64,000 nt of DNA from an uncultured bacterium (GCA_963825135.1 CAWGRW010000009.1:1632001-1696000); one strand, 5' to 3'. Numbered from the stretch's first letter, positions 1 to 10,821 are shown. Notes: a model not told the origin generated them from the sequence alone. Program-made: numbers and translations.

Positions 1-1380
1 ATCGAAGTCGTTGTGACGTCCGAAAGGTCCATACGGAATGCGATCGAGAGGTTCTATGGGTCGCAGCAGGAATGGGAGGACGCCAGGAAGGCGCAGGAGA
101 ATTCCGCGGCCGTGGACAAGCTATTGGGCGACCTCGACGATTTTCTCATCGAGATTAGCGGCGAGGAAAATATAGACCTCAACGACCTGGAAAAGGCGTC
201 GGAGGAAGCGCCGGTAATAAAACTCGTAAACCATCTCCTGATGGACTCGATAAAGAAAGGCGCGAGCGACATACACATCGAGCCTTATGAGAAATCGCTT
301 CGTATAAGATACAGGATAGACGGCGTCCTATACGACATCATGCACCCGCCGCTTAAGCTCAAGAACGCGGTGACTTCGAGAATAAAAGTAATGTCCAGCC
401 TCGACATAGCCGAAAGGAGGCTCCCGCAGGACGGCCGTATCAAGGTGAAGCTGGCTAAGAACAGGGCCATGGAATACCGTGTTTCGGTCGTTCCGACTCT
501 ATTCGGAGAAAAGGTCGTCATGAGGATACTGGATAAAGAGTCCCTGCAGCTGGACCTGACAAAACTCGGATTTTATGATGACCAGCTTGAGGTATTCAGG
601 AGATCGATTTACAGGCCTTTCGGTATGGTCTTGATAACCGGCCCAACAGGCAGCGGTAAAACGACTACGCTTTACTCCGCCATTATGGATTTGAACCGTA
701 TCGACGTAAACATATCGACCGCGGAAGACCCGGTGGAGTACAGTCTTCCCGGTGTGAACCAGGTACAGGTGCACGAGGAAATCGGCCTCACGTTCGCTTC
801 CTGTCTGAGATCGTTTCTGAGGCAGGACCCGGACATAATACTCGTCGGTGAGGTCAGGGATTACGAAACAGCCGAGATAGCTATAAAATCGGCGCTTACC
901 GGACACCTTGTCCTCTCCACTCTCCATACGAACGATGCCCCATCCACGATTACCAGGCTCCTCAACATGGGAGTAGAGCCCTTCCTTGTTACCGCGTCTC
1001 TTAACGCTATCGCGGCTCAGAGGCTCGTGAGGGTCGTTTGTCACGAGTGCAAGCATGAAACGGAGGTCGCTCCCCAGGTCTTGATAGACCTCGGAGTCTC
1101 TCCCAAAGAGGTTGCCGATTATATCGTTTATAAGGGGAGGGGCGAGGGCTGCAAGACTTGTTCCGGGACGGGTTATAAGGGGCGGCTTGCCGTGTTCGAG
1201 GTCATGGAGTTGACTGATGAGCTTAAGGAATTCATTCTCAGCGGCGCGTCTTCTCTCGAAATTAAAAGGGAGGCGATAAGGCAGGGTATGAAGACCTTAA
1301 GGCAAAGCGCACTTATTAAGCTGAAGCAGGGCATTACATCGATCGAAGAAGTGGTGAGGAACACAGCGGCAGACGATTAG
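1..1380 (+). CDS. pilB: Type IV pilus assembly ATPase PilB (5'-truncated by window edge)
   Basis: Frame open from base 1. Contains GASDIHIEP, RLPQDGR, Walker A GPTGSGKTT, LRQDPDIILVGEVRD and a tetracysteine Zn motif (CHEC...CKTC). Precedes pilT and pilC. Confidence 0.96.
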   Translation: MEVVVTSERSIRNAIERFYGSQQEWEDARKAQENSAAVDKLLGDLDDFLIEISGEENIDLNDLEKASEEAPVIKLVNHLLMDSIKKGASDIHIEPYEKSLRIRYRIDGVLYDIMHPPLKLKNAVTSRIKVMSSLDIAERRLPQDGRIKVKLAKNRAMEYRVSVVPTLFGEKVVMRILDKESLQLDLTKLGFYDDQLEVFRRSIYRPFGMVLITGPTGSGKTTTLYSAIMDLNRIDVNISTAEDPVEYSLPGVNQVQVHEEIGLTFASCLRSFLRQDPDIILVGEVRDYETAEIAIKSALTGHLVLSTLHTNDAPSTITRLLNMGVEPFLVTASLNAIAAQRLVRVVCHECKHETEVAPQVLIDLGVSPKEVADYIVYKGRGEGCKTCSGTGYKGRLAVFEVMELTDELKEFILSGASSLEIKREAIRQGMKTLRQSALIKLKQGITSIEEVVRNTAADD

Positions 1381-1394
1381 CGTGGGAGGATAGA

Positions 1395-2498
1395 TTGGCG
1401 ATAGCGGTAGACAGACTTTTAAAACTGATGGTCGAGAACGGGGCTTCGGATCTGCATATCACTGCGGGTGTACCGCCCATGCTGCGTATCGACGGCAAAC
1501 TCGTTCCGGTCAAGCACCCTCCGTTAAACCCGACGGATACAAAAGAGGTCTGTTACAGCGTGCTGACCGACATGCAGAAGCATAGATTCGAAGAGAATTG
1601 GGAGCTCGATTTTTCTTTCGGTATGGAGAATCTGGGACGGTTCCGCGGCAACATATTCACACAAAAAGGAGCGGTTGCTGGCGCTTTCAGACTCCTTCCA
1701 TTCGTTTTAAAGAGCTATCAGGATTTGGGACTCCCCCCTGTGCTCGCCGATCTGGCCAGGAAGCCGAGAGGGTTGATAGTGATTACCGGACCGACCGGCT
1801 CGGGCAAGACGACCAGCCTCGCGAGCGTCGTCGACCAGATAAACAAAGAGCGTCACGAGCATATCGTAACGATCGAAGACCCGATCGAATACGTCTTTGA
1901 CCACAAAAGCTGCATAGTCAACCAGAGGGAAGTAGGGAGCGATACCAAGAGCTTCGCGAACGCGCTCAAAAGCGTGTTAAGGGAAGACCCCGACGTCGTA
2001 CTCATAGGTGAGATGAGGGATCTCGAAACTATCAAGATAGCGCTTACACTGTCCGAAACCGGACACCTGACCCTCGCCACGCTTCATACGAACACGGCGG
2101 TACAGACTATCAACCGTATGATAGATGTTTTTCCTCCGCATGAGCAGTCGCAGGTCAGGGCGCAGCTGTCGTTCGTTCTCGAAGGGATTCTGTGCCAAAC
2201 GCTCATACCGAGGATCGGCGGCGGGCGTGTGCTGGCGGTCGAGGTGCTCATACCCAACCCCGCGATCAGAAACCTCATCCGCGAAGATAAAGTGCATCAG
2301 ATATATTCGCAGCAGCAGATAGGACAGGAGAAGTGGAAGATGCAGACTCTGAACCAGAGTCTTACCGATTTATACCTCAGAAAGCTTATAAGCTTCGACG
2401 ATGCTCTCGGAAAATCTCAGGAGCCCGACGAGATTAAAAGAATGATAAGCGACCGCACTTCTTCCGAGGGTTCAAAAGAGCGGATCATGAGGCAGTAA
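1395..2498 (+). CDS. pilT: Type IV pilus retraction ATPase PilT
   Basis: GASDLHI, GPTGSGKTT, LREDPDV and the PilT AIRNLIRE motif. TTG start behind a GGAGG RBS. Confidence 0.96.
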   Translation: MAIAVDRLLKLMVENGASDLHITAGVPPMLRIDGKLVPVKHPPLNPTDTKEVCYSVLTDMQKHRFEENWELDFSFGMENLGRFRGNIFTQKGAVAGAFRLLPFVLKSYQDLGLPPVLADLARKPRGLIVITGPTGSGKTTSLASVVDQINKERHEHIVTIEDPIEYVFDHKSCIVNQREVGSDTKSFANALKSVLREDPDVVLIGEMRDLETIKIALTLSETGHLTLATLHTNTAVQTINRMIDVFPPHEQSQVRAQLSFVLEGILCQTLIPRIGGGRVLAVEVLIPNPAIRNLIREDKVHQIYSQQQIGQEKWKMQTLNQSLTDLYLRKLISFDDALGKSQEPDEIKRMISDRTSSEGSKERIMRQ

Positions 2499-2559
2499 TC
2501 GATCGAGGTGTCGTAAAAGTGCTTGAATATGTGTTGACGCATAAAGGGAGGAATTGATA

Positions 2560-3774
2560 ATGCCGGTATTTGTCTGGGAAGGGAGATTCGGGGGATCGAT
2601 AAAGAAGGGCGAGATGGATGCTCCCAGCAAGTCTGCGGTCCTGGCCCGTTTGAGGCAGATGCAGATACAACCTATCCCCAACCGCATAAAGGAGAAAGGC
2701 AAGCTCTTCGGCTTAAGCTTATCGTTCGGCACTATATCAACGAGGGACCTGGTAGTTTTCACCAGACAGCTCTCCACTATGATAGACGCCGGTCTTCCCC
2801 TTGTCAGGGGACTCGATATTATCGCGTCCCAGCACCCGAACCAAAAATTCAAGCAGATAATCGTGAGGGTTAAAGAGGACGTGGAAGCCGGTTCCACCTT
2901 CGCTGACGCTCTTACCAAGCACCCCAAGGTCTTCAGCAACCTCTACACGCAGCTGATTAAAGCGGGTGAAACGGGCGGAGTGCTAGACGTAATTCTTCAG
3001 AGACTGGCCAGTTATCTCGAAAAAATGGACTCTATAAAAAGAAAAATCAAGGGTGCGATGATATATCCCGCCATAGTAATCAGTGTGGCCGTGCTCGTCC
3101 TCGCCATTGTAATCATATTCGTCGTTCCGGTGTTCGCCGAGATGTTCAAGGACATGGGGACTACGTTGCCTACCCTGACTCAGATGGTAGTCGATATCAG
3201 CTTTTTTACGAGACAGAATATTATCTATATATTGATCGCTATCGCGGCAATATTCTTCCTCACTGGTTTCACCTACAGCAAGTCGCATAAGGTACGAAGA
3301 CTCTTCGATGCTTTCCTGCTCAAGCTATGGCTGGTGGGGCCTCTGTTGTTAAAGACCGTAATAGCCAGGTTCTGCAGGACCCTTGCTACTCTCACGGCGG
3401 GCGGTATAGCGATATTGGACGGACTGGAAATAACCGCGAAAGCCTCGGGAAACATGATAACGGAGGAAGCCATACTGGAAGCCAGGAAAAGAGTGAGTGA
3501 AGGTCAGACGCTTGCGGAGCCGCTCGCGATGAGGCCCAAGCTCTTCCCGCCGATGGTTGTACAGATGATCTCCGTGGGCGAGCAGACGGGCGCGCTCGAA
3601 GACATGCTCAATAAAATAGCCGACTTTTACGAAGAAGAGGTCGATATAGCCGTCGCCTCTCTGTTGTCGGCACTCGAGCCGCTTATGATTACGGTCCTGG
3701 GAGCCACGGTCGGGGTCATAGTCGTATCTATGTACCTGCCGATGTTTAAGCTTGTTGCGGCAATGTCGAACTGA
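2560..3774 (+). CDS. pilC: Type IV pilus inner-membrane platform protein PilC (GspF family)
   Basis: FTRQLSTMIDAGLPL, GETGGVLD, GEQTGALEDML and MYLPMF motifs with TM segments. GGAGG RBS; an in-frame TTG at 2554 is an alternative start. Confidence 0.95.
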   Translation: MPVFVWEGRFGGSIKKGEMDAPSKSAVLARLRQMQIQPIPNRIKEKGKLFGLSLSFGTISTRDLVVFTRQLSTMIDAGLPLVRGLDIIASQHPNQKFKQIIVRVKEDVEAGSTFADALTKHPKVFSNLYTQLIKAGETGGVLDVILQRLASYLEKMDSIKRKIKGAMIYPAIVISVAVLVLAIVIIFVVPVFAEMFKDMGTTLPTLTQMVVDISFFTRQNIIYILIAIAAIFFLTGFTYSKSHKVRRLFDAFLLKLWLVGPLLLKTVIARFCRTLATLTAGGIAILDGLEITAKASGNMITEEAILEARKRVSEGQTLAEPLAMRPKLFPPMVVQMISVGEQTGALEDMLNKIADFYEEEVDIAVASLLSALEPLMITVLGATVGVIVVSMYLPMFKLVAAMSN

Positions 3775-3888
3775 CGCTCGGGCACTTAATAGGCGCGTAA
3801 CTATCCAGTATCCTTGTGTATTCATCAGCCTCACCGGTATTAATTACTCTTGTCACGATTGGAGTGTAGGTATAGTCTTAGAACTGAT

Positions 3889-5529
3889 ATGAAAGTACTT
3901 CAGAGTCCGGAAGCGGGGCTAAAAAGCTCGGTGGTATTAAGGGTGATTATTACAACCGTCCTCCTAGGCTCGGGCGCCGTCATATATTACGGAAGAGGCG
4001 CAAGAAAAGAAGCCTTTTGCCTGGCAGTGATAGTAGCCGTAATTTACTTCCTTAGCCTTGTCGCGCTGCTCCTTCAGTCCCTCATTCAGCGGTACCAGGG
4101 GATATTTAAAATTACACAGATTTTTTTCGATCTATGTCTTGCCTCGACCGTAATATATGTAACAGGCGGCAGGTCGAGCCCGTTCATTTTTTTATATGTT
4201 CTGATAATCATCAATGCAAGCATCGTGCTCACGAAAGCGGCAAGTTACGTCACGGCCCTCCTGTCCGGTCTTATCTATGTGCTGATCGTTTTTTATCAGA
4301 TTAGAATCGAAGTCCCTGTCCTGCCTGATGCGGGTTTATGGAGCTCGGTGTCTAAATGGGGAGAGATAGGGCTTGTCTCCACATATTTCCATCTGACCGG
4401 GTTTCTGCTCGTCGCCATACTGTCGGGTTATCTTTCGGAAAGGTTCCGCACCGCCGGCAGGGAGCTCGGTGAGAGCGAAAGGAGCTTAAGGATACTCCAG
4501 AATCTCCACGAGAATATCATACAGAGTCTCACGAGCGGAGTAATCACGTTAAACCTGGACGGCAAGGTCATCTCCGCTAACAAAACCGGCCTCGAGATAC
4601 TGGGATTAAAGGGTGAGGACAAAATATTGGGCAGAGGCCTGGGCCGGTTCATGACGGGTCTTCATCTCGAGGACCTCGTTTCCAAAAAGCGGGAGCAGAT
4701 GTTGTACACCGCGCCCGACGGAAGGATGGTTACGCTTGGTTTTTCATCTTCGGACCTGAAAGATACCGAAGAGAAAACACAGGGATATATTATCATATTC
4801 CAGGACCTGACGGAGGTGAAGGAACTGGAAGACCGGCTGATGACTTCCGAAAAAATGGCGCTCCTCGGTCAGCTGGCCGCCGGTCTCGCGCACGAGCTCA
4901 GGAATCCCCTTTCGGCAATCAGCGGTGCAGTCGAGATGCTGAGCAGCGACGTAAAACCGACTGAAGAGAATCTAAGGCTCGTCCGAATGGCGTCTCAGGA
5001 GGTGGAGAGACTCAATTTACTTGTTGAGGATTTTTTGATCCTGACGATGCCGATCCAGAAGCTGACCACTCTGGTGGACCTCGGACGGATCATTACCGAC
5101 ACGGTGGAGTCGTTCGCGAAGACGATAAGACGCGGCAACATAGAGATAATAAACCAGGTCGAAAAGGGTATATACGTACAGGCGGATTCCTATCGACTGA
5201 AGCAGGCGGTCTGGAATCTGCTCCTGAATTCCGTCGATGCCATGCCTATAGGCGGTCTGATAATAATTAAATCAAGGGCGGAGGACGATAGCGTCGTCAT
5301 CGAGATTTCAGACGAGGGTAAGGGGATAGACGAGAACTTCATTTCCAGGATTTTCGATCCGTTCTTCACCACGAAGGAAGTGGGTACTGGGCTCGGTCTT
5401 GCGATTGTACAAAAGGTTATAGAAGGTTATAATGGAAATATAAATGTGGTGAGTTCGCGCGGGAAAGGGGCGACTTTCGTTATCACATTGCCGAGGTTTA
5501 AAGAGGTGCCTGCCGATGTCATACATTGA
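3889..5529 (+). CDS. pilS: Membrane sensor histidine kinase, PilS-like (multi-TM, PAS, HisKA, HATPase)
   Basis: H-box AHELRNPL, NLLLNSVDAM, DEGKG, FDPFFTTK and GTGLGL. Sits between pilC and a PilR-like regulator. Confidence 0.85.
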   Translation: MKVLQSPEAGLKSSVVLRVIITTVLLGSGAVIYYGRGARKEAFCLAVIVAVIYFLSLVALLLQSLIQRYQGIFKITQIFFDLCLASTVIYVTGGRSSPFIFLYVLIIINASIVLTKAASYVTALLSGLIYVLIVFYQIRIEVPVLPDAGLWSSVSKWGEIGLVSTYFHLTGFLLVAILSGYLSERFRTAGRELGESERSLRILQNLHENIIQSLTSGVITLNLDGKVISANKTGLEILGLKGEDKILGRGLGRFMTGLHLEDLVSKKREQMLYTAPDGRMVTLGFSSSDLKDTEEKTQGYIIIFQDLTEVKELEDRLMTSEKMALLGQLAAGLAHELRNPLSAISGAVEMLSSDVKPTEENLRLVRMASQEVERLNLLVEDFLILTMPIQKLTTLVDLGRIITDTVESFAKTIRRGNIEIINQVEKGIYVQADSYRLKQAVWNLLLNSVDAMPIGGLIIIKSRAEDDSVVIEISDEGKGIDENFISRIFDPFFTTKEVGTGLGLAIVQKVIEGYNGNINVVSSRGKGATFVITLPRFKEVPADVIH

Positions 5530-5549
5530 TTCCCCTACGGAGGTCCCGG

Positions 5550-6968
5550 ATGGGGCAAAGTGACAGTAACATATTAGTAGTCGACGACGAACCGGGCATG
5601 AGGGAATTCCTGGAGATAATGCTCCAGAAAGACGGTTACAACGTCGAAACAGCCGCTGACGGCACGGAAGCCATAGATAAGGTGGAAGAGAAGCTTTTCG
5701 ACCTCGCCATCGTCGACATTCAAATGCCGGTATTGAACGGTATAGAAGTGCTGAAGAAATTTAACGAAAAGAGTCCCGATACTACGGTGATTATGATAAC
5801 TGCGTACGCCTCGCACGAAACCGCGATCGAAGCGATGAAGCTCGGGGCATACGATTATATCACCAAACCGTTTAAAATCGACGAGATAAAACTGGTAATA
5901 AAGAAGGCGCTTGAAAAGAAGAAGCTCGAGCGTGAGAACACCAGATTGAGAAAGGAACTCGAGACACAGTACGGCTTCGGAAATATTATAGGCAGAAGTC
6001 CTTCCATCGTAAAAGTTTTCGAGCTCATTAAGAGAGTCTCGGAGCTCAACGTGAATGTGCTGATAACCGGCGAGAGCGGGACGGGAAAGGAGTTGGTCGC
6101 GAGGGCAATACATTACAGCGGTTCGAGACACGATAAACCCTTCGTCCCCGTAAACTGCGGGGCCATTCCCGAGACTCTGATGGAGAGCGAGCTCTTCGGC
6201 TACAGAAAGGGCGCGTTCACGGGTGCGGTAAGGGATAAACGCGGGCTGTTCGAAGAGGCCGACGGCGGTACGATTTTTCTCGATGAAATCGGCGATATGC
6301 CGCTTCATCTACAGGTCAAGCTCCTCAGGGTTCTCGAAGAGAGGAAAATAAGGCCGCTCGGGGGGACGGAATCCATGGGCATCGATGTAAGGCTCATTAC
6401 CGCGACGAATAAAAAGCTCGAGGAAGAAGTTACTAGCGCGAAGTTCCGGGAAGACCTGTTTTATCGCCTGAACGTCATCAAGATAGTGCTGCCTCCGCTC
6501 AGGGAGAGAAAGATCGACGTTTCGCCGCTCGCCATTCACTTCATCAATAAGTATTCGATCGAGATGGGGAAGGAAATTCGCGGGATTTCCCCGAAGGCGC
6601 TTGAAATCCTCGAGAACTATCACTACCCCGGGAACGTGAGGGAGCTCGAGAATATTATAGCCCGGTGCGTAGCGCTCGAATCGTCAAACGTCATACGTCA
6701 GGAAACCCTTCCTCAATTGGTTACAGGAAGAGACTACCTCGACCTCGATACGAGCTTCTCCTCGAATTCGAGCCTCGACACGCTCCTGGGCGACGTCGAG
6801 AAAAAGATGATAGAGAAGGCGCTCAGAACCACGAACGGTAACAAGACCGAAGCCGCGAGGCTTCTCGGAATTACGCTCCGCTCGCTCAGGTACAGGCTTG
6901 CAAAACACGAGCTCGACGACGGAAACGGAGACGACCTCGAGGATATGGACGAGGCCGGGGAGCTTTAG
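5550..6968 (+). CDS. pilR: Sigma54-dependent response regulator, PilR/NtrC family
   Basis: Receiver domain (VVDDE, VDIQMP), GESGTGKE, GAFTGA and a C-terminal Fis-type HTH. GGAGG RBS before ATG 5550. Confidence 0.88.
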   Translation: MGQSDSNILVVDDEPGMREFLEIMLQKDGYNVETAADGTEAIDKVEEKLFDLAIVDIQMPVLNGIEVLKKFNEKSPDTTVIMITAYASHETAIEAMKLGAYDYITKPFKIDEIKLVIKKALEKKKLERENTRLRKELETQYGFGNIIGRSPSIVKVFELIKRVSELNVNVLITGESGTGKELVARAIHYSGSRHDKPFVPVNCGAIPETLMESELFGYRKGAFTGAVRDKRGLFEEADGGTIFLDEIGDMPLHLQVKLLRVLEERKIRPLGGTESMGIDVRLITATNKKLEEEVTSAKFREDLFYRLNVIKIVLPPLRERKIDVSPLAIHFINKYSIEMGKEIRGISPKALEILENYHYPGNVRELENIIARCVALESSNVIRQETLPQLVTGRDYLDLDTSFSSNSSLDTLLGDVEKKMIEKALRTTNGNKTEAARLLGITLRSLRYRLAKHELDDGNGDDLEDMDEAGEL

Positions 6969-7003
6969 TCCCGCTGAAGGAATCCGGGCGGGATTTTACT
7001 TGA

Positions 7004-7480
7004 TCACATCTTATACTTCCCGAAATCGCCTTCAGGGATCTTATCCAGCAATTCCGCTAATTTTTCTTTATCTTCGTCTATTTCGATCTTCTTCGATTTC
7101 TCGATGACCTCGTTGTTGACGAATATTGGCGAATCCGTCCTGAGGGCTATCGCGATGGCGTCGCTGGGTCTGGAGTCCAGGGAATATTCTTCGTTGTCCC
7201 TTTTTACATAGATGCGGGCATAGAAGGTATCGTCCCTCAAGTCTGTGACTTCGATTTTTGTCACGATGAATTTTAATTTCTCGAGAAGGTTTTTGACCAA
7301 GTCGTGGGTTATCGGCCTTAAGCGGGGAGTTTTTTCAAGCTCCATGGCAATCGAGCTCGCCTCCATAAACCCGATCCATATCGGGAGGGTCTTTTCGTTC
7401 GCGGCGTCTTTTAAGATTACAATAGGGGTGTTGGTGAAAGGGTCAAGAGCGATGCCGGATACCTTCATCAGAAGAAACAT
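7004..7480 (-). CDS. Bifunctional nuclease family protein (DUF151)
   Basis: LPIWIG..EA..IA, RPITHDL and DSRPSDAIAIALR motifs. Adjacent to miaB. Confidence 0.9.
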   Translation of the reverse strand: MFLLMKVSGIALDPFTNTPIVILKDAANEKTLPIWIGFMEASSIAMELEKTPRLRPITHDLVKNLLEKLKFIVTKIEVTDLRDDTFYARIYVKRDNEEYSLDSRPSDAIAIALRTDSPIFVNNEVIEKSKKIEIDEDKEKLAELLDKIPEGDFGKYKM

Positions 7481-7499
7481 AAGTCACCTCCCTGTTAAA

Positions 7500-8807
7500 T
7501 TATACAGACAGTTCGCCCCGAATGGAATTGGACAGTCCTTCGGTGATCCTGACCTTGAGAATTTTGCCCGACAGCGCGCTCGTCCCCTTGAAATGAGTGA
7601 TTCTGTTGTGACTCGTCCTGCCGGTCAGGATTTCGGGATCGTTCCTGCTCGTACCCTCGGCAAGCACTTCTTCTATGCGTCCCACCCTTTCCAGGTTCTT
7701 TCTCAGAGTGACCTCCCTCTGGAAAGACTGGAGCTCGGACAACCTGTTCCCGGCGGTATCATCGTCGACTATTTCCGCTACGGGACATCCGGCGGCAGGC
7801 GTGCCCGGACGCGGGGAGAATTTAAACGAGAAGGCGCCGTCGAACTCGGTCTCTTCCAGGAGCGACATAGTGTCCCTGAAGTCCTGCTCGCTCTCACCGG
7901 GATAACCTACGATTATGTCGGTCGAAATCGCGATGTCGGGCACTGCGTCCTTTAGTCTCTTAACCGTATCCGAATACCATTCCCTCGTATATGTCCTCTT
8001 CATTCTGCTTAGTATGAGATTTGACCCGGACTGGACGGGCAAGTGTATGTGGCGGCATATTTTAGGCACGTCCCTGACCGCCTCGATCATCCTCGCAGTA
8101 ATGTCCCTGGGGTAGGAAGTCGTAAACCGTATCCTTTCGAGGTCTTCTATGTCGGCCGCGGCTCTGAGCAGGTCTCCGAATTTGTACCCGTTTTCCTTCC
8201 AGGAGTTGACTGTCTGGCCGATGAAAGTAACTTCTCTCACCCCCTTATTTACGAGGTTCTCCGTTTCCCTTAACACTTCCCGGAGCGGTCTGTTTACTTC
8301 GTCGCCTCTTACGTAGGGGACTATGCAGTACGAGCACCTTTTGTTGCATCCCTGCTGTACTGAAACGAATGCCGTGACCTTGCCTTCTCTATGATACGGC
8401 TCTACGTCGAAGAGCTCCTGAATGTCATAAGAAGTTTCGACGGCTCTGCGCTTTTCCTTCTCTATCCCGGATATCAGCTCGGGCAGTTTGGGGATGGCTC
8501 TCGGGCCCAGAACGAAATCGAGATACGGCATTCTGTGAAGGAGTTTTTCTCCGTACAGCTGGGCCACGCACCCGGATATGCCGACGATCAAGTCGGGGTT
8601 CTTCGACTTTAGGTGTTTATATTTTCCCAGACTGCTGAAAGCCTTCTGGTCGGCTTTGTCCCGGATAGCGCATGTGTTAATAATGATGATGTCTGCTTTA
8701 TTCGGGTTGTCGGTCGCCTCGACATCGAGAGCGTTACGGATTCTGTCGGAGTCGTATTCGTTCATCTGACAGCCGTAGGTCTCTATATATAAATACTTAT
8801 TTTTCAT
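7500..8807 (-). CDS. miaB: tRNA 2-methylthio-N6-isopentenyladenosine synthase MiaB
   Basis: TYGCQMNEYDS, NTCAIR, radical-SAM CxxxCxxC (CNKRCSYC), HLPVQSGS and a C-terminal TRAM domain. Confidence 0.95.
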   Translation of the reverse strand: MKNKYLYIETYGCQMNEYDSDRIRNALDVEATDNPNKADIIIINTCAIRDKADQKAFSSLGKYKHLKSKNPDLIVGISGCVAQLYGEKLLHRMPYLDFVLGPRAIPKLPELISGIEKEKRRAVETSYDIQELFDVEPYHREGKVTAFVSVQQGCNKRCSYCIVPYVRGDEVNRPLREVLRETENLVNKGVREVTFIGQTVNSWKENGYKFGDLLRAAADIEDLERIRFTTSYPRDITARMIEAVRDVPKICRHIHLPVQSGSNLILSRMKRTYTREWYSDTVKRLKDAVPDIAISTDIIVGYPGESEQDFRDTMSLLEETEFDGAFSFKFSPRPGTPAAGCPVAEIVDDDTAGNRLSELQSFQREVTLRKNLERVGRIEEVLAEGTSRNDPEILTGRTSHNRITHFKGTSALSGKILKVRITEGLSNSIRGELSV

Positions 8808-8924
8808 GTAGTTAACAATGTAACGCTCCCGCCGGGCATAGTCAAGAAAAAATCGGGGCGAAAATATACGTAAGATACAGTAAATTTTAAATTAAGGCGG
8901 GGTCACCCGGTCGATTTTATCTCA

Positions 8925-8953
8925 TTGACATCAAAGGGGAAATTTAGTAGGAT
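8925..8953 (+). promoter_or_regulatory. Putative sigma70 promoter of the MFS gene
   Basis: TTGACA-17 nt-TAGGAT, 34 bp before the ATG. Confidence 0.55.
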
Positions 8954-8986
8954 GGAGGAAAGTTGGCGGGCAAAGGAGAGTAAAGA

Positions 8987-10327
8987 ATGAGCGGCGGCAC
9001 AGCTGGAAGCACGAATGCGCGGCAAGGGATCTTCGCCTGGTCCAGGGACATAAACGCCGATCAGTGGAGGGCGTTTTACGCGGCATTCCTGGGGTGGACC
9101 CTCGACGCGATGGACCTGCTCCTTTTCGCGTTCGCCGTGGGGTCGATAGGGAAAGTTTTTCATCTTTCGGAGGCCTGGGTCGGCGCTCTGTTCTCGGTCA
9201 CGCTGTTCTCATCGGCTTTCGGCGGGGCGCTCTTCGGAATTGTGTCCGATTATATCGGGCGCGTGCGAGCGCTTACCTATACGATTATAGTTTATTCCGC
9301 CTTCACGGGTATCAGCGCCTTTTCTCCGAACATAGTGTTCCTACTCTCCTGCCGTCTCATACTCGGACTGGGCATGGGGGGCGAGTGGGCGTCGGGCGAG
9401 GTGCTGGTCGCGGAAAAATGGCCCAAAGAGCACAGAGGGAAGGTCATAGGCATGGTCCAGAGCGGCTGGGGCCTCGGCTACATTCTTGCCGCGATACTGG
9501 CCACGCTGATCATCCCGTACTTTAAGGCCGGTCAGGCTTATACCATACCCCTGCTTAATATTACACTGGACGGGCTCGACCTCGGATGGAGGATACTTTT
9601 CTTCGTCGGAGTCGCGCCGGCCTTTCTGGTTTTTTATATTAGGAGACACCTCGATGAGCCCGAGGTCTGGAAGAAAACCAGCGAGATGAGAAAAGCCGGG
9701 CAGCTTAGTGAAAAAGGGCAGGGCTTTACTCTGGGACAGATTTTCGCGCCCGATCTAATCAGGTATACGATTACAGCCTCCCTCCTTACGAGTCTGTGCA
9801 TGATCGCGTACTGGGGTCTCTATTTCTGGCTGCCCCAGTTCCTGGCCAGTGACAAGGGCGTGGGTTTAAACACCAAGGGTTTTATCTGGATCATACCTAT
9901 TAATATAGGGGCGTTCATCGGGTGTAATACGTTCGGTTTTATAAGCGACCGGTTCGGTCGGAGGCCCGTATTCGTGGGGTATCTCCTCATTATGGCCGTT
10001 CTCGTATGGTTTTTCGGACATGCAACGACCTTAAAAGACGTCCTTATTCTGGGGCCGTTTATCGGGTTTTTCGGTACGGGTTTTTATTCCGGGTTCGGGG
10101 CTATATTCTCCGAGATATTCCCCACACGAGCGAGAGGGACTGCCCAGGGGTTCTGTTACAACGTCGGAAGGGGGATTTCGGCCGTGGCTCCCCCGCTTAT
10201 AGGGTTCCTTGTTGATAAATACGGCTTTGCCGTGGGACTCACCACGGTTTCGGTTTTTGCCGTCGCGGCAGCGATTGTGGTTCTGACCCTCCCTGAAACC
10301 AGGGGTAAGGCGCTCGATATAGAATAG
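8987..10327 (+). CDS. Major facilitator superfamily transporter (organic-acid/sialate:H+ symporter-like)
   Basis: About 12 TM segments; GWTLDAMD, SDYIGR, GLGMGGEW, SDRFGRR and PETRG motifs. Confidence 0.9.
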   Translation: MSGGTAGSTNARQGIFAWSRDINADQWRAFYAAFLGWTLDAMDLLLFAFAVGSIGKVFHLSEAWVGALFSVTLFSSAFGGALFGIVSDYIGRVRALTYTIIVYSAFTGISAFSPNIVFLLSCRLILGLGMGGEWASGEVLVAEKWPKEHRGKVIGMVQSGWGLGYILAAILATLIIPYFKAGQAYTIPLLNITLDGLDLGWRILFFVGVAPAFLVFYIRRHLDEPEVWKKTSEMRKAGQLSEKGQGFTLGQIFAPDLIRYTITASLLTSLCMIAYWGLYFWLPQFLASDKGVGLNTKGFIWIIPINIGAFIGCNTFGFISDRFGRRPVFVGYLLIMAVLVWFFGHATTLKDVLILGPFIGFFGTGFYSGFGAIFSEIFPTRARGTAQGFCYNVGRGISAVAPPLIGFLVDKYGFAVGLTTVSVFAVAAAIVVLTLPETRGKALDIE

Positions 10328-10547
10328 TATTACAGCGTGACGGCATTTGCATCCGGCTTCCGTCCCGACTCCTAGGGATGACCTTGTAAAATGCAAGTAT
10401 CTTTTTATATTACGCTTATTATTCGCAATGTGTTACGTCCTCTATAATAGTCCTCCTGTATATTTAGGGATACCCAAGATACCTCCTATTTGTAAGCGAG
10501 CGGATTAATTTCAGCGGGTTCTTACATGCCTTAAAATCAAACTTTAG

Positions 10548-10690
10548 TGCTTAATAACTAGGCATTTAGATTGATTTTCCGTCTTTCTCCTGCTCCTCTT
10601 TTGTAGCTAAATAATTCAAAGATAATGGGCGAAAATGATAAGAATAGCGCTCCGACCCACATAAGAATCCCAGACGGCATATTTTTTGCA
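10548..10690 (+). promoter_or_regulatory. Putative sigma54 promoter with an upstream NtrC-like enhancer site
   Basis: CGGCATATTTTTTGCA at 10675-10690 has GG-N10-GC spacing. TGCTTAATAACTAGGCA (TGC-N11-GCA) lies at 10548-10564. Confidence 0.55.
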
Positions 10691-10821
10691 ATCATTACAA
10701 TCTAAAGACCGATTTCACAATAGACACGGGGAGGACCTTGGTCGGTAATGCTGCCAGGGCTTAGGTGTCAGCTCTTATAGGAATAAGGCTCATAAACTAA
10801 TTTAAAGGAGGATAGGTCAGA

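Noticed and set aside
10738..10762. ANTAR antitermination element in the porin leader
   Set aside because: Only one hexaloop hairpin is present; I saw no second hairpin or overlapping terminator.
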